The notes: generated by a model from the sequence alone, not told the origin. Counted from the first letter of the stretch, positions 19,081 through 31,205 are shown. The stretch: 64,000 nucleotides of DNA from Rickettsiella endosymbiont of Miltochrista miniata (GCF_964031245.1 NZ_OZ035017.1:215402-279401); one strand, 5' to 3'. Translations and numbers: made by a program.

Positions 19081-21668
19081 ACTGGAATTCCTTGCAAGGA
19101 TTTTAGTCGATAAATGATCTCAAGCGCTTCTTTTGGGGCTAATTGATCCGGATCCACCTGTTCTAATAATGCCATAATAGCAGGGTTAACAGAGAGTTTC
19201 TGTGGAGTGGTAGATGGGTTTATTTTATTGGATTTTGTATGAGAGTGATCCTCAAGCTCCATAAGTTTTTCTCTGGCGCGCTGGATAACAGGTTTAGGAA
19301 CGCCTGCTAACTGCGCTACTTGTAAACCATAACTTTGATTTGCTGGCCCTTCCTTGACGGTATATAAAAATACAATGCTATCACCGTGTTCTCTTGCATC
19401 GACATGGTAGTTGCTTATGACTGTGTTTTCTTTAGTCAAACCAGTCAACTCAAAATAATGAGTAGCAAATAAGGTATAAGCTTTAACATGCTTTGCTAAA
19501 TATTCAGCACAAGAAAAAGCTAAAGCGAGTCCATCAAAAGTACTGGTACCGCGTCCAATTTCATCCATAATAATTAAGCTTTGCTCAGTTGCATTATGTA
19601 AAATAGCGGCGGTTTCTGTCATTTCTACCATAAAGGTTGAACGACCGCTAGCAAGATCATCAGCAGCTCCGATTCGGGTGAAAATACGATCAATGGGGCC
19701 TATCGTAGCGCTTTTTGCAGGAACAAAACAACCTATCATTGCTAATAGACAAATTAAGGCCGTTTGTCGCATATAGGTTGATTTTCCACCCATGTTTGGA
19801 CCCGTGATGATTAATAAGCGTTGATCAGGAGTCAAATGACAATTATTGGCTACAAAAGGGGTATCTAAGGTTTGTTCGATAACTAAGTGTCGACCTTCTT
19901 CGATATGGATGCCTGGATTTTTACTTAATAAAGGACAAGTTAAATTGAGAGTAATTGCTCGTTCTGCAAAACAGGTCAACACATCTAACTCGGCTACGGC
20001 ATTGATGGTTTCTTGTAAATCGGTTAAGTAAATGGCTAGTTTATCGAGTAATTCATCGTAAAGTTTTTTTTCCAAACTTAACGCTTTAGAATGGGCGCTT
20101 AAGGCTTTATCCTCAAATTCCTTTAACTCAGGTGTAATAAAACGTTCTGCATTAGTGAGTGTTTGCCGACGAATATAATGTGCGGGCACATGTTTGGCTT
20201 GCCCACGACTTATTTCGATGTGATAACCATGTACGCGATTAAAGCCCACTTTCAGCGTGTTGATGCCTGAAAGCTCTCGTTCACGTTTTTCTAAGTCAAT
20301 CAGATATTGTCCGGCATGAGCACTTAGGTTTTGTAGCTCATCAAGTTCAGCATGATATCCTTTAGCGATCATTCCGCCTTCGCGAGTAACCGCAGGAGGA
20401 TTTTCAACAATAGCTTGCTGCAATAAATGAAATAACTGAGGAAATGTTTTAATATGTTGACTTAATGCTATAAGCAATTCTGATTTTTTTTCAGAGTTTT
20501 GAGCTTTTAAGCAAGGAGCAAGTTTGTTATGAATGTCTGGCAAAATGGCTAAGCCCAGACGTAATTGGCTTAAATCGCGCGGTCTCGCGGATTTTAATCC
20601 AACCCGTGTAATAATACGTTCAAGATCACCGAGTGATTTTAACAACGAGTGTAAGCTGATATAGGATAGTGTTGCTAATAAATCTTTAATGGCGCCTTGT
20701 CGCGCTTCTACGCCAAATATCTTACGTAAAGGGCGATGCAGCCATCGATTAAGTAAACGACCTCCCATAGGCGTTGCCGTTTTGTCTAGAATGGACATCA
20801 ACGTATTACTTTTCTCGCCCTGTAAATTGATCGTTAACTCTAAATTACGTCGGGTGGTAGCATCCAATACAATACTTTCTTCACGTCTTTCTATACGTAT
20901 TGGCTGAATATGTTTTAATTGAGCACGTTGCGTGTCTTTGACATAATTTAATAAGCAACCAGTGGCTTGTAGTGCCAAAGGCAAATCCTGGCAGCCAAAA
21001 CCACTTAGATCGCGCACTTGAAATTGTTGGGTTAATAAATGAGTTGCAGTAGTTAAATCAAATTCCCAGGGCGGGCGGCGACGGATAGTTTTATAAGGTT
21101 TTAATAGTTGTTCGGTTTTATGCTCTTCACTGATTAAGAGTTCGGAGGGGTTGAGTCGTGCTAATTCGCTGGCAAGCGCTTCTTCACCGGTAATCTGTAG
21201 AATGTGAATTTGGCCGCTTCCCATATCAAAATAAGAAAGCCCAAATTCTTCATTGTGATTATATAGCGCAAGTAGCAAACTTTGATTATCTTCTAATAAT
21301 GCTTCATCGCTCAGTGTTCCTGGTGTAATAATACGTGTAACCTGTCTTTCCATAGGACCTTTGGATAGATTCGGATCACCTATTTGTTCGCAAATAGCAA
21401 TCGATTCGCCAAGTTTTACCAATTTGGCCAAGTAGGTTTCGACGCTATGAAAAGGTACACCTGCCATGGGAATGTCTTGACTCGCGGATTGCCCTCTCTT
21501 AGTTAACGTAATGTTTAATAATTTTGCGGCTTTGATGGCATCTTCATAAAATAATTCGTAAAAATCTCCCATGCGATAAAATAATAATTTATCTTTATGC
21601 TGAGCTTTTAATTGCAGATATTGACGAATCATTGGCGTGTGTTGAGCTAAATCGATGCTACTTTTCAT
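19077..21668 (-). CDS. mutS: DNA mismatch repair protein MutS
   Basis: 863 aa with Walker A (GPNMGGKST) and conserved N-terminal mismatch-binding region. Confidence 0.97.
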   Translation of the reverse strand: MKSSIDLAQHTPMIRQYLQLKAQHKDKLLFYRMGDFYELFYEDAIKAAKLLNITLTKRGQSASQDIPMAGVPFHSVETYLAKLVKLGESIAICEQIGDPNLSKGPMERQVTRIITPGTLSDEALLEDNQSLLLALYNHNEEFGLSYFDMGSGQIHILQITGEEALASELARLNPSELLISEEHKTEQLLKPYKTIRRRPPWEFDLTTATHLLTQQFQVRDLSGFGCQDLPLALQATGCLLNYVKDTQRAQLKHIQPIRIERREESIVLDATTRRNLELTINLQGEKSNTLMSILDKTATPMGGRLLNRWLHRPLRKIFGVEARQGAIKDLLATLSYISLHSLLKSLGDLERIITRVGLKSARPRDLSQLRLGLAILPDIHNKLAPCLKAQNSEKKSELLIALSQHIKTFPQLFHLLQQAIVENPPAVTREGGMIAKGYHAELDELQNLSAHAGQYLIDLEKRERELSGINTLKVGFNRVHGYHIEISRGQAKHVPAHYIRRQTLTNAERFITPELKEFEDKALSAHSKALSLEKKLYDELLDKLAIYLTDLQETINAVAELDVLTCFAERAITLNLTCPLLSKNPGIHIEEGRHLVIEQTLDTPFVANNCHLTPDQRLLIITGPNMGGKSTYMRQTALICLLAMIGCFVPAKSATIGPIDRIFTRIGAADDLASGRSTFMVEMTETAAILHNATEQSLIIMDEIGRGTSTFDGLALAFSCAEYLAKHVKAYTLFATHYFELTGLTKENTVISNYHVDAREHGDSIVFLYTVKEGPANQSYGLQVAQLAGVPKPVIQRAREKLMELEDHSHTKSNKINPSTTPQKLSVNPAIMALLEQVDPDQLAPKEALEIIYRLKSLQGIPV

Positions 21669-21854
21669 AAGACCTCTTGCAAAACTTTTGCTTCTTATTG
21701 GAGGAGTTCATTAATCCTAACTTTTCAATGATTAATTATTCGTAAAAAGCTTTTGAAAGCTTGAAATTTATATTTTGAGAGAAATTTCTTTTTATTAATT
21801 TAATAGTTTAACCAAAATATAAAGTTAATTATACCGTTGATGAAGAAAGTAGGA

Positions 21855-22238
21855 TTAGTCGCTGATTGAAAAGCTAGCTTGTTCTAGTGAAGCTAATTGA
21901 GGATTTTTGGTGATACACAAAAAAATATTAATTTTAGCATTTATTTTTTCAGATAGTTTAACTTTAAGAAATTGATAGAGTTGATATGCTAAGGCTTCGA
22001 TAAGCTTAAAAGATCGATCATTGCAGAATTGCTGTAAATCATCCGCCAGATCCGCATAGCAGATGGTATTTATTAAATTATCGTTGGTACAGGCATCAGG
22101 CAAACGATCAAAACCCAGCTTTATTTGTAAAATAACCCTTTGCGGTAAGAGCCGTTCTTCGATTGTATGGCCTAGTTTAACGTGTAAATTAAGTTTTTCT
22201 AGTATTAATTGAGAATTCATGGGCGAAAAGCATAGCAA
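21855..22238 (-). CDS. folB: Dihydroneopterin aldolase
   Basis: About 120 aa with FolB pattern (GHTIEER...Q...LKLG..D). Confidence 0.7.
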   Translation of the reverse strand: MLCFSPMNSQLILEKLNLHVKLGHTIEERLLPQRVILQIKLGFDRLPDACTNDNLINTICYADLADDLQQFCNDRSFKLIEALAYQLYQFLKVKLSEKINAKINIFLCITKNPQLASLEQASFSISD

Positions 22239-22310
22239 AATAGCATAAGTTTGGCTACTATAGCTCCGTTCTACTCATATAAGTATTAAGTAAAATAATA
22301 AGAGGTCCTT

Positions 22311-22790
22311 ATGAGCTATATCGATAAAACGCTCTTGCCGGATGAAAAAGTTATATATCGCAGTCATCCTCATTGGATTGTTGTTTTTAAATCGCTAATT
22401 GGCTTGGCTTTAATTGCCGCTTTTTTGATAATGGGGGCTCGCCATTCTGTATTTATCCTCAGTCTTTTTTCTTTATTAGGTTTAGCGGCTCTCCTATCTG
22501 GGCTCATCGTTTACTACTCTTCTGAGTTTGGCATAACCGATAAACGGGTCATCATGAAATCAGGCTTTATCAGTCGCTATGTTTTTGAAAATTCCTTGGA
22601 TCGGATTGAAGGGGTGGAAATTAGCCAAAGTATTATGGGCCGTATTTTCGATTATGGGTCAGTTCGTATTCGTGGGGTTAGTGGGACCAATGAGTTATTT
22701 TCCGCTGTACATTACCCATTTAGATTTCGATATAAGGTGTTAGAAGAAATTGAGCGACAAAAAAAAGCTAAATATACTCTTTGCACTTGA
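22311..22790 (+). CDS. Membrane protein with bacterial PH (bPH_2/YdbT-like) domain
   Basis: Two N-terminal TM helices followed by ...ITDKRVIMKSGFISRYVFENSLDRIEGVEISQSIMGRIF... Confidence 0.6.
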   Translation: MSYIDKTLLPDEKVIYRSHPHWIVVFKSLIGLALIAAFLIMGARHSVFILSLFSLLGLAALLSGLIVYYSSEFGITDKRVIMKSGFISRYVFENSLDRIEGVEISQSIMGRIFDYGSVRIRGVSGTNELFSAVHYPFRFRYKVLEEIERQKKAKYTLCT

Positions 22791-22896
22791 CATTGCCTGT
22801 GTATCGCGGGGATCGCAATTCTCATGTATCTTGAAGAAATGAAGGTTACTTCATTATCGCAGCGTCTTGCCAAAAATCCAATTGCTGTGAGTTAAC

Positions 22897-23709
22897 TTAT
22901 TTAAAATTATTTTTCCATTGGCGAAGATAAGCGAATATTTCAACCGGAGTTGCAAGTTTTTTTCCGGTTCTTTTTTCTGTGCGCATCTTTATTTCTGAAT
23001 TATCACAACGTAAAAAAGGATTACTCAGACGTTCTTCAGATAGGAGGCTGGGTACACTAGCTACATTTTTTTGACGTAATTCTCTAGTTCTTTCTAAGCG
23101 TTCCTTGATATAAGTATTATTGGGTTCCACTGCTTGAGCGAAGTGTAGGTTAGCTAGCGTATATTCATGGCCGCAATAAATCTGGGTCTCATCCGGGAGC
23201 TGAGCCAGTTTATTCAAAGAATTCAACATTTGCTCGGCCGTACCTTCAAATAATCGACCGCAACCCGCGGTAAATAAGGTATCGCCGCAGAATAAAAGAT
23301 GGTTCCCGTAATAAGCAATATGTCCTAAGGTGTGGCCAGGAATAGCAAGTACTTCAAAAGCAGGCCAATTAGGTAATTCAATTTTATCGTCTTCATCGAC
23401 TGGGTGGTTTACTCCGGCTATTTTTTCTCTTGCAGGTCCAAATACAGGAACCTCATGTAGCTTTAAAATAGAACGAATGCCATTGGTATGATCCCAATGA
23501 TGGTGCGTGATGAAAAGTGCATCAAGTTTAAGGTTTAACTGCTTTAATTGCGTAAGTACGGGTTTAGCTTCACCTGGATCGACAATGATGCAATGTTTTG
23601 TTTCCTCATTGATAAGACACCAAATATAATTATCCTTAAAAGCCAAAATAGGTAATATTTGTATCGTCATAATCTCTCCAAAAATTCTTTTATTTTTGTT
23701 AATTGTCAT
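22897..23709 (-). CDS. gloB: Hydroxyacylglutathione hydrolase (glyoxalase II); true start likely the internal MTIQILPI Met near 23670
   Basis: Metallo-beta-lactamase motif THHHWDH; GloB-like length. Confidence 0.85.
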   Translation of the reverse strand: MTINKNKRIFGEIMTIQILPILAFKDNYIWCLINEETKHCIIVDPGEAKPVLTQLKQLNLKLDALFITHHHWDHTNGIRSILKLHEVPVFGPAREKIAGVNHPVDEDDKIELPNWPAFEVLAIPGHTLGHIAYYGNHLLFCGDTLFTAGCGRLFEGTAEQMLNSLNKLAQLPDETQIYCGHEYTLANLHFAQAVEPNNTYIKERLERTRELRQKNVASVPSLLSEERLSNPFLRCDNSEIKMRTEKRTGKKLATPVEIFAYLRQWKNNFK

Positions 23710-23776
23710 CCTAGAACAGTTAACCGAAAGGTAGGTTCAAGAGGATTTAAATTATTGATTTAGTATTTATTATTCG

Positions 23777-24274
23777 TCAGTCCTTTTTCCTTGATGCTTG
23801 ATGTCGTCGTTCACGTCGCTTGCCCGCTTCTTCATAACGTCTCATTTCATCTTTCGTTTCAGGAATAACTTTAGGAACGTGTGCTGGGCGGCCATGCTCA
23901 TCTGTACCTACAAAAGTAAAATACGCAGATACTATGTGACGCCGTGTGCCGGTACGATAATCTTCAGCAAGAACGCGTACGCCGATTTCCATTGAGCTGG
24001 TCCAGCTACGGTTAATAGCAGCTTGAAAAATTAAAATATCTCCTCGAGTTGCAGGTTGCAAAAAATGCATAGCATCCACAGAAACAGTTACACAAGGCCT
24101 TTGGCTATGTCTCTCAGCAACTACAGAAGCGACTCTATCGAGTGTGGACATCACTAAGCCACCAAAAACGGTTTCTGTTGAGTTCAAGTCATTAGGAAAT
24201 ATTTTATAAGTATGATCATGCACAGCCGATGCTGAAACAGTTTTTTCTTGTGGCATAGTCATGGGCGACCTCAA
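23777..24274 (-). CDS. Acyl-CoA thioesterase, hotdog fold (YciA-like)
   Basis: About 165 aa with a hotdog-fold thioesterase pattern. Confidence 0.65.
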   Translation of the reverse strand: MRSPMTMPQEKTVSASAVHDHTYKIFPNDLNSTETVFGGLVMSTLDRVASVVAERHSQRPCVTVSVDAMHFLQPATRGDILIFQAAINRSWTSSMEIGVRVLAEDYRTGTRRHIVSAYFTFVGTDEHGRPAHVPKVIPETKDEMRRYEEAGKRRERRHQASRKKD

Positions 24275-24322
24275 CTTTTTTTGTCATCGAAAAAATATTA
24301 TAGCCATTAATGTAGATACATC

Positions 24323-25159
24323 TTATATTGTCTGACCAATATTTTCACCAAATTTCACTTTTTTCCCCGATAAATGATTTAACCATTTCATACGGTTGGG
24401 CGCGAATAAAATAATAACTGTGGAGCCCAATTGAAATTGCCCAACTTCTTGTCCTTTAAGTAATGAAATTTTGTTGTCTAGATAATGCCAATGATAAATA
24501 TGTCGTTTGGAAGCAGGAGCGATAATTCCTTCCCATGGAGTATTGATACTGCCAACAAGCATAGCGCCGACTAAAATAACCGCCATTGGACCTATAGGCG
24601 TGGAAAATAAGGTTATAACCCGCTCATTACGAACAAATAAATTGGGAAGTTCAGTAGTAGTTTGAGCATCTACTGAAAATAAACGTCCCGGAACATAAAT
24701 CATTTCTTTCAGTTCACCGCTATATGGAATATGTACGCGATGGTAATCTGGAGGAGCTAGATAAAGTGTTGCAAATTGCCCTCCTTGAAATTCTGCGGCC
24801 AGTTTTGTAGAGCCGCCTAATAAGGCTTGTAAGTTATAATTTATTTTTTTGGCTTGAATCAGCTGATTTTCATTAATATCGCCAATTTGACTAATAGTGC
24901 CATCTACAGGCGATACGATATCCGTAGCATTACTGGAAATCGGACGCTTTTCGGGTTTCAATAATCGCGTAAAAAAATCATTAAAATTAATATAATGTTC
25001 GGGATTTTCTTCCTTCGCTATCGTCATATCGACATTATAATGCCGTATAAATCCATGGATTAGTCTGTTTTTAATCCAAGTTTGTTTACAGTTAGCTATC
25101 CATCCCGCAAAGCGGGATAGGCTATGTTGGGGTAGTAACGATTGATAACGGGTATGCAA
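24323..25159 (-). CDS. psd: Phosphatidylserine decarboxylase proenzyme
   Basis: LGST self-cleavage motif (FQLGSTVII) near the C-terminus; lies with pssA in the same neighbourhood. Confidence 0.85.
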   Translation of the reverse strand: MHTRYQSLLPQHSLSRFAGWIANCKQTWIKNRLIHGFIRHYNVDMTIAKEENPEHYINFNDFFTRLLKPEKRPISSNATDIVSPVDGTISQIGDINENQLIQAKKINYNLQALLGGSTKLAAEFQGGQFATLYLAPPDYHRVHIPYSGELKEMIYVPGRLFSVDAQTTTELPNLFVRNERVITLFSTPIGPMAVILVGAMLVGSINTPWEGIIAPASKRHIYHWHYLDNKISLLKGQEVGQFQLGSTVIILFAPNRMKWLNHLSGKKVKFGENIGQTI

Positions 25160-25250
25160 TTAATTCTCCTTAAAAATTTTAGCAAGCAAAATATTTGACC
25201 ATTATAGCGCGGTCATTTTATTTCATGAAAGCCTGGACTATAGTTTTTTT

Positions 25251-26835
25251 ATGAATACCGAAGTATTGATTGTTGGAGCAGGCCCCACGGGGCTGATGAT
25301 GGCCTGTCAGCTATTGCGTTATGACGTAAAATTTAGAATTTTGGATAAGCAACGGGATCGAGTGCATGAATCGCGAGCATTCGCTATTCAAGCTAAATCG
25401 ATGGAAATATTCCAAAACTTAGGTGTTGTTGATGAGTTTCTTAAATTAGCGCGTTCGAATGTGGATTTTGCTTTTTTTATTAACGGGAAGAAACAAATAG
25501 AAATAAAGTTTAAGCATTTCAAGCATCAAGACACCCCCTTTCCTTCCGTCTATTTTCTTCCGCAAACAGAAACCGAACGTATCCTGATTGAGTTCTTAGA
25601 AAAAAAAAGGTATTTATATTGAGCGCCAAAAAGAATTAATTACTTTTACGCAAGACATTAAATGTGTGCAGGCAACTATTAAAGACAATATGGTCGGAAG
25701 CACTGAAAAAATTAATTGCGCCTACATCATTGGTTGCGATGGTGCACATAGTAGCACACGTCATACGCTTCATTTTACATTTGAAGGAAATGCTTACCCA
25801 CAAATTTTTAATTTAGTTGATGCAAATATTGAATGGCCCTATTCGCAAAACAAATTTCTTTTTTTCCTAGGAAAAGATGGGGTCTTCGTGCATATTCCGC
25901 TTACTAGGCAAATTAGCCGCATTATGTTAGCAAAACGCGCAGCTCATACTGAAGAAAAACTAACTACCCCGAACTTAATAGAATTAGAGCATTTGGCCAG
26001 TTTGCTGACCCAAGTTTCTGTAAAATTAGTTAACCCAATTTGGATATCTCAATTTCGATTACATCATCGTGGGGTAACGAAATATTATCAACACCGTGCT
26101 TTTCTCGCAGGGGATGCAGCACATATTCATAGTCCGGTAGGAGGTCAGGGTATGAATACCGGAATACAAGATGTCACTAATCTTGCTTGGAAACTAGCTT
26201 TAGTATTGAAAAAGGGTACTAACATTAAATTATTAGATACTTATGAGACAGAAAGGCATCCAGTGGGAAAAATTTTATTAAAAACGACGGATCAGTTTTT
26301 TTCTTTACTCACTGCAAATGGGTTTTTTATTTCCAAACTACGAAATTGGTTACTACCTTTTGTTATTTCGTTTCTTTTTTCAAAGAAAAATTTAGAAAAG
26401 CGTTTATTCTGGTTTATGTCGCAGTTGAATATTCACTATGCTAAAAATCCGTTTAACTATGAGGTCATAGAAAAATCTCACCAAGTATTTAAAGGGGGGC
26501 CATGTCCGGGATATCGCGCGCCCAATGCATCCGCCAATTCATCGACCCTATTTAAATTAGTAAGCCACAAACCTTTTAATATACTTTGTTTTGAGACTAA
26601 AGAGGAACAAATCGATAAGCACATAGAAAAAATAAATGCTTTTATAAAAAATTATCAAGACTGGATGCAGGTTCATGTTTTCGTTTTATCTCCAGCTAAC
26701 GAGCTACTTTTTAAACGATATGGAGTGGTTGCATCTGCAATTTATGTCATCAGGCCCGATGGTTATGTCGGATTTCGCATTAATTCAGATAATTATTTAT
26801 TTTTAGAGGAATATCTAAAGAATTTATTTAAATAA
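25251..26835 (+). pseudogene. FAD-dependent aromatic-ring monooxygenase (PheA/UbiH-like) split by a +1 frameshift in an A9 tract (25600-25608). The two ORFs, 25251-25622 and 25666-26835, fuse if one A is removed.
   Basis: N-terminal GAGPTGL dinucleotide-binding motif. C-terminal part has GCDGAHS and AFLAGDAAHIHSPVGGQGMNTGIQD. The conceptual fusion reads ...EFLEKKGIYIERQKELITFTQD... continuously. Confidence 0.75.
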
Positions 26836-26963
26836 AAATCAAATGGAGATTTTTAATCCACTATCTCTTCCTGATCGAAAGCTTACACGGCTGTAAATAT
26901 TTTGACCGTATAGTCGTTTCGCTATACAATTAGCGCATTTAATCTTGCTATTTGGAATTTTAA

Positions 26964-28880
26964 ATGATGTTTAAAAAATTCTGGCCTGTTTTTCTGGGTT
27001 TATTATTGACCACCTCACTAGTATTCGCTAAAGAAAACTTTACCTTAAAAGCCAGAACCGGCGAATTTACTATTGACCCAGCAACCTTGGCTATTTCGGT
27101 TGCTCCCAGTGATGATGCTGCAGCGATTAGTTTGACACAAGCATCACTCGCTTTTGATGAAGTAAAAGATCTAAAAATCGATAATAAAACCGCTCAATGG
27201 ACTTACCCGCATCTTAAAATGCAAGTTAAAGTAGTTGTAGATGAACAAGGTCTAAAATTTTCTTTTAAAACCAATAAAGAACAAACTTTTCAGTGGCCTC
27301 TAGCAGGATTAACCCCACAAGCTAAAGCTTTGGTTCTTCCAGATGGGGAAGGTTTATATATTCCTAATCATGATACATTCTGGCGTAAAGAGTTCAATAA
27401 ATACCCAAATTTGTCCTTAAGCATTCCTTTCTGGGCAATAGAATATTCAGATGAAAATTATGTTAGTTATATTTGGAACGACCATGATGTTGATACCGAT
27501 GCACAAGTCCGTGAAAAACAAACCCAACTTTATGTGATGAATGAACATCATTTTTTAAAAAGATCGCATTTCCCTGAATATACTTTATTAGTACATCTGA
27601 CTGGCGACACTCCAATAAGCCCCGCGCTGGACTATCGCAATTTACTTATCAACGAAAATAAATTTGTTTCACTCAAACAAAAAATTCTAGAAAATGCCAA
27701 TGTGAATAAATTATTAGGCGCTTTTCATATCTGGGTCTACGGTGATGGTAGGAATTTGGCTATGTTGGATGAATTAAATCGACTTGGAATTAAACATGCT
27801 TGGATAGGTTATGGGTATGGTACGAGCTTTAGTGAAGAGGATAATGTCAATCAGGACTATGTGCGTACCGCAGAAAGTAGGGGCTATTTAGTGGCTCCTT
27901 ACGATAGTTTTGCGAATGCACAAAATCCAAAAACCTCCGATAGTATTACTTCAATTTGGACTAATCATTTATGGCCTGAGGCTTGTATTCGAAACGCCGA
28001 TGGAGCTATTTTGCTGGGATTTCATAAACGGGGCTGTTATTTAAGCTCTGAGGCCTTACGATTAAGAGAACCGAAGGAAAAAAATATAGCTAATCAGCTC
28101 AATGCGGTGATGTTTAAGGGGGATAATAGTCTTTTTTTAGATTGCGATGCTTCAGGTCCACCGTCCGACGATTATTCAAAACAACATCCTATGACACGTG
28201 AGCAAGATTTAAATAATTTATTAAAACGTATGCGCTATATTAGCAGCACTAAAAAAATAGTCCTAGGTTCTGAAACTGGATTGTCTTGGGCGAATCCGAC
28301 TATCGCCTATAATAATGGTGCTTTCTTGGTATTTCCAGAAGCTTTTTGGCCGTCTTTAAAAAATAAAAAACAATTTGGTGGGTGGTGGCCTGATGAAGCG
28401 CCAAAAGTTTTATTTAAACCCTATAATGCACCGGATGAGTTTATTCGTTCCTCCTACAATCCACGTTATAGATTACCCCTGTATGAAGCTGTATTTCATG
28501 ACTCAGTAATTACTACCGATCGCTGGGAATTAAATGAATTGAAGATTCCCGCGATTAGAAAAACTAAAGCATTGTTACAAAATCTTTATAACGTTCCTCC
28601 AATTTGGGTGTTAGACCAAAAAACCTTACAAAAAAATAAAAAATACTTTGTTGATTACTATAATTTTTTCTCGCCACTCCATCAAATGACCGGTATAGAG
28701 CCGCTAACTACGTTTGATTGGCTAACCGATGATCGTTTAGTGCAACAAACGCAATTCGGAAATCGGCTTATCTTGACGGCCAATTTTTCTGATAAATACT
28801 ATGAAGATATAGGGCCGCATTGTATCCAAGCAGAATGGAAAGAAGATGGTAGTAAATCTTTATTTTGTCCAAAAAATTAA
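26964..28880 (+). CDS. Secreted hypothetical protein (Sec signal peptide)
   Basis: N-terminus MMFKKFWPVFLGLLLTTSLVFAKE; 638 aa; no recognisable domain. Confidence 0.55.
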   Translation: MMFKKFWPVFLGLLLTTSLVFAKENFTLKARTGEFTIDPATLAISVAPSDDAAAISLTQASLAFDEVKDLKIDNKTAQWTYPHLKMQVKVVVDEQGLKFSFKTNKEQTFQWPLAGLTPQAKALVLPDGEGLYIPNHDTFWRKEFNKYPNLSLSIPFWAIEYSDENYVSYIWNDHDVDTDAQVREKQTQLYVMNEHHFLKRSHFPEYTLLVHLTGDTPISPALDYRNLLINENKFVSLKQKILENANVNKLLGAFHIWVYGDGRNLAMLDELNRLGIKHAWIGYGYGTSFSEEDNVNQDYVRTAESRGYLVAPYDSFANAQNPKTSDSITSIWTNHLWPEACIRNADGAILLGFHKRGCYLSSEALRLREPKEKNIANQLNAVMFKGDNSLFLDCDASGPPSDDYSKQHPMTREQDLNNLLKRMRYISSTKKIVLGSETGLSWANPTIAYNNGAFLVFPEAFWPSLKNKKQFGGWWPDEAPKVLFKPYNAPDEFIRSSYNPRYRLPLYEAVFHDSVITTDRWELNELKIPAIRKTKALLQNLYNVPPIWVLDQKTLQKNKKYFVDYYNFFSPLHQMTGIEPLTTFDWLTDDRLVQQTQFGNRLILTANFSDKYYEDIGPHCIQAEWKEDGSKSLFCPKN

Positions 28881-28961
28881 AGTTTTTTATACTAGATCTT
28901 TTTATTTATTTAATTTAATCTAAGCCACTTCAGTTTACTAAAAATAATAAAAAAATACTGA

Positions 28962-31205
28962 GTGGCTTATCGTGAAAAATTTATTTCAATTTTGAATGAA
29001 ATAAAGAAGTTTCCTAGCTTTATGGGCAAGATGACCGCAGTGGATCAATTAAATGATACCACCGCCTTTCCTTGGTTTTTGAATTTCTCCAAAAATTTTT
29101 CTGCAGATTATCGAAAATGTAAAAGTAATAGTTGGAATTATTTATTTTCTATTCATGACTTTAAAAATTCTGATGAGCTCCTGAGTGAGAGTGAAAAAGA
29201 TCCAGTATATAAAAGATTCTATTTAATAAGAAAGTATAATGAACGGTTATTATTTTACTCCAGAGATAAAACCAATCCTTGGGTTATTGACGATAGAGAT
29301 GAGAGTTGTGTAGTTCTGCATAGAAAAAACTATTTCGAATTTGAAAATATATTATCAATACTAATTGATGAAGAAATTAAAAAGAAAGTTTCTAGTAAAG
29401 CTTTAGCTGAAAAAGACATTCAATTAGAAAGAAAGCGTCTTTCGCAGCTAGCAAAACTCGCCCTGTTAAAAACATATAAAGAAGAAACATTAACAGATTC
29501 CGATATCTCTTCAGCGATAACTAGCTTGGATAACGAAGCTGCCATTAACCAATTTAATCAGCTTATTGCTCTAGAAGTAGATTATGTTTCTATTCAGCAA
29601 GAAATAAAAAAAATTAAAAAGAAACAAGCTAAAATAGTTAAAGAACTATACGTTTATTTTTTAAAAGAGACAGAAGCGGTTAGAATTTATTCGATTACGT
29701 CGATTTGGGAGAAAATAAATAAATTTGTAATTAAAAATAAACCAATGCAATTTTTTTCATTGATTTGGTATGGACTGAGTAGCCACGCCAATTTGTTAAG
29801 TTGGATTAGTTTTTTACTACTATTTTTTTCTTTATCTTTGTATAACTATCCAATTATTTTTTTAGTCTTAGGTATATCCTTAGCTAGTTATCTGATCTTT
29901 CGACTTTTTTATTTGGTTAAAAGAGATTCGATAATCTTTCCACAAATTTCTACAGATGAAGCGGAACAGATTCTTGAATTGGTAAAGATAGAGGTATTTA
30001 ATGAGGAAAAAAACAAAAATGAATTTAAGTTAATTCATGAAATAGTTTATGATTTAACCAAAAAAAATCTAAATTTAAATGAATTTTTAAATTCAATTTT
30101 AAGTATTCAGAAAAATTTTGATCCCATTTATCTCCCTAATTTAAGTATTCAAGAATCCAAATTGTATCATTATTTAACAGAGGTCTATCCTAAAACACAA
30201 TTTATAGCCTCATTAACGATTAATTTGACCAGCATTGTACTTTATACTTATTTGTTAACTTGGGCTATTTATAGTGTTTTAATGCTTTTCGGTGCGATTA
30301 GTTTGGCGACTATCATCGCTTCTCCTTTAGTAGTGGGAGTTTTAATTTTAATTGCCGCTACTTTTTTTTTGATAGACCATCTATGTGAATTTCGCGCTAG
30401 AGAAGACTTCTATCAACGAACTATTTTAAATCAGCTTAACGAAAAATGTGGTTATTGTTTTAAAGATCAATATGGTAAGCAACAAATTATTCAAATAGAA
30501 AAATGGAAAAAATTTGAATATTTACAGGATAATATTTGTTTTTTAGAGCTCGAGTTTAAAACTTTTTTCAAGAAAAATGGACTTGATGGTTTAAATAATA
30601 AATTTTATAATTTATTTAATAGCTATATGCTTAAAAAAAATGTTTATAACTTCTCAGAACAAGACAAAGTATTAGGTGACTCGGGCCTTTTTTTTAAAAA
30701 TTTAAAAAAATTTTTAAATCGACTCTTTGCATTTTCGGGAGGTAGTTTTTATGGATATAACTTAACTCAACAAATTGTATGGAAGAGTAATCTAGGAATC
30801 CATGCGCTTGTTAAGACGCTGACTTTACCTATTTTGCTAATATTCATTCCCTTAATTATTATAAATGGCATTGCTAATCTCATTACCTATCACTTGCACA
30901 GTAGACAACGAAATCGGTTCGAAATGGCAAAAAATCTAGATAGTAGGTTAGAAGTTTTAGAACAAACTAATAAAAACCTACTATTTTTAGCAAGCCTTTT
31001 AAGTTTGGAACTTAAATATATATCTGATCCAATGGTTAGTTTGCATGCTGATTCTGTAATGCAGTCAAATTTGTCTTTGCCAAATAAAAATATTTTTTCT
31101 AAAAGATCGGATAATTTTTCTTTTTTTAAAGAGAACCATCAAGAAATAAATCCAAATCAAAAAAATAGAATATCAAGTTCGATACTAAATATTTATAGAA
31201 CTTGA
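28962..31205 (+). CDS. Hypothetical large polytopic membrane protein (AT-rich orphan; effector-like)
   Basis: 747 aa with several hydrophobic segments; Lys/Asn/Glu-rich; no recognisable domain. Confidence 0.5.
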   Translation: MAYREKFISILNEIKKFPSFMGKMTAVDQLNDTTAFPWFLNFSKNFSADYRKCKSNSWNYLFSIHDFKNSDELLSESEKDPVYKRFYLIRKYNERLLFYSRDKTNPWVIDDRDESCVVLHRKNYFEFENILSILIDEEIKKKVSSKALAEKDIQLERKRLSQLAKLALLKTYKEETLTDSDISSAITSLDNEAAINQFNQLIALEVDYVSIQQEIKKIKKKQAKIVKELYVYFLKETEAVRIYSITSIWEKINKFVIKNKPMQFFSLIWYGLSSHANLLSWISFLLLFFSLSLYNYPIIFLVLGISLASYLIFRLFYLVKRDSIIFPQISTDEAEQILELVKIEVFNEEKNKNEFKLIHEIVYDLTKKNLNLNEFLNSILSIQKNFDPIYLPNLSIQESKLYHYLTEVYPKTQFIASLTINLTSIVLYTYLLTWAIYSVLMLFGAISLATIIASPLVVGVLILIAATFFLIDHLCEFRAREDFYQRTILNQLNEKCGYCFKDQYGKQQIIQIEKWKKFEYLQDNICFLELEFKTFFKKNGLDGLNNKFYNLFNSYMLKKNVYNFSEQDKVLGDSGLFFKNLKKFLNRLFAFSGGSFYGYNLTQQIVWKSNLGIHALVKTLTLPILLIFIPLIIINGIANLITYHLHSRQRNRFEMAKNLDSRLEVLEQTNKNLLFLASLLSLELKYISDPMVSLHADSVMQSNLSLPNKNIFSKRSDNFSFFKENHQEINPNQKNRISSSILNIYRT

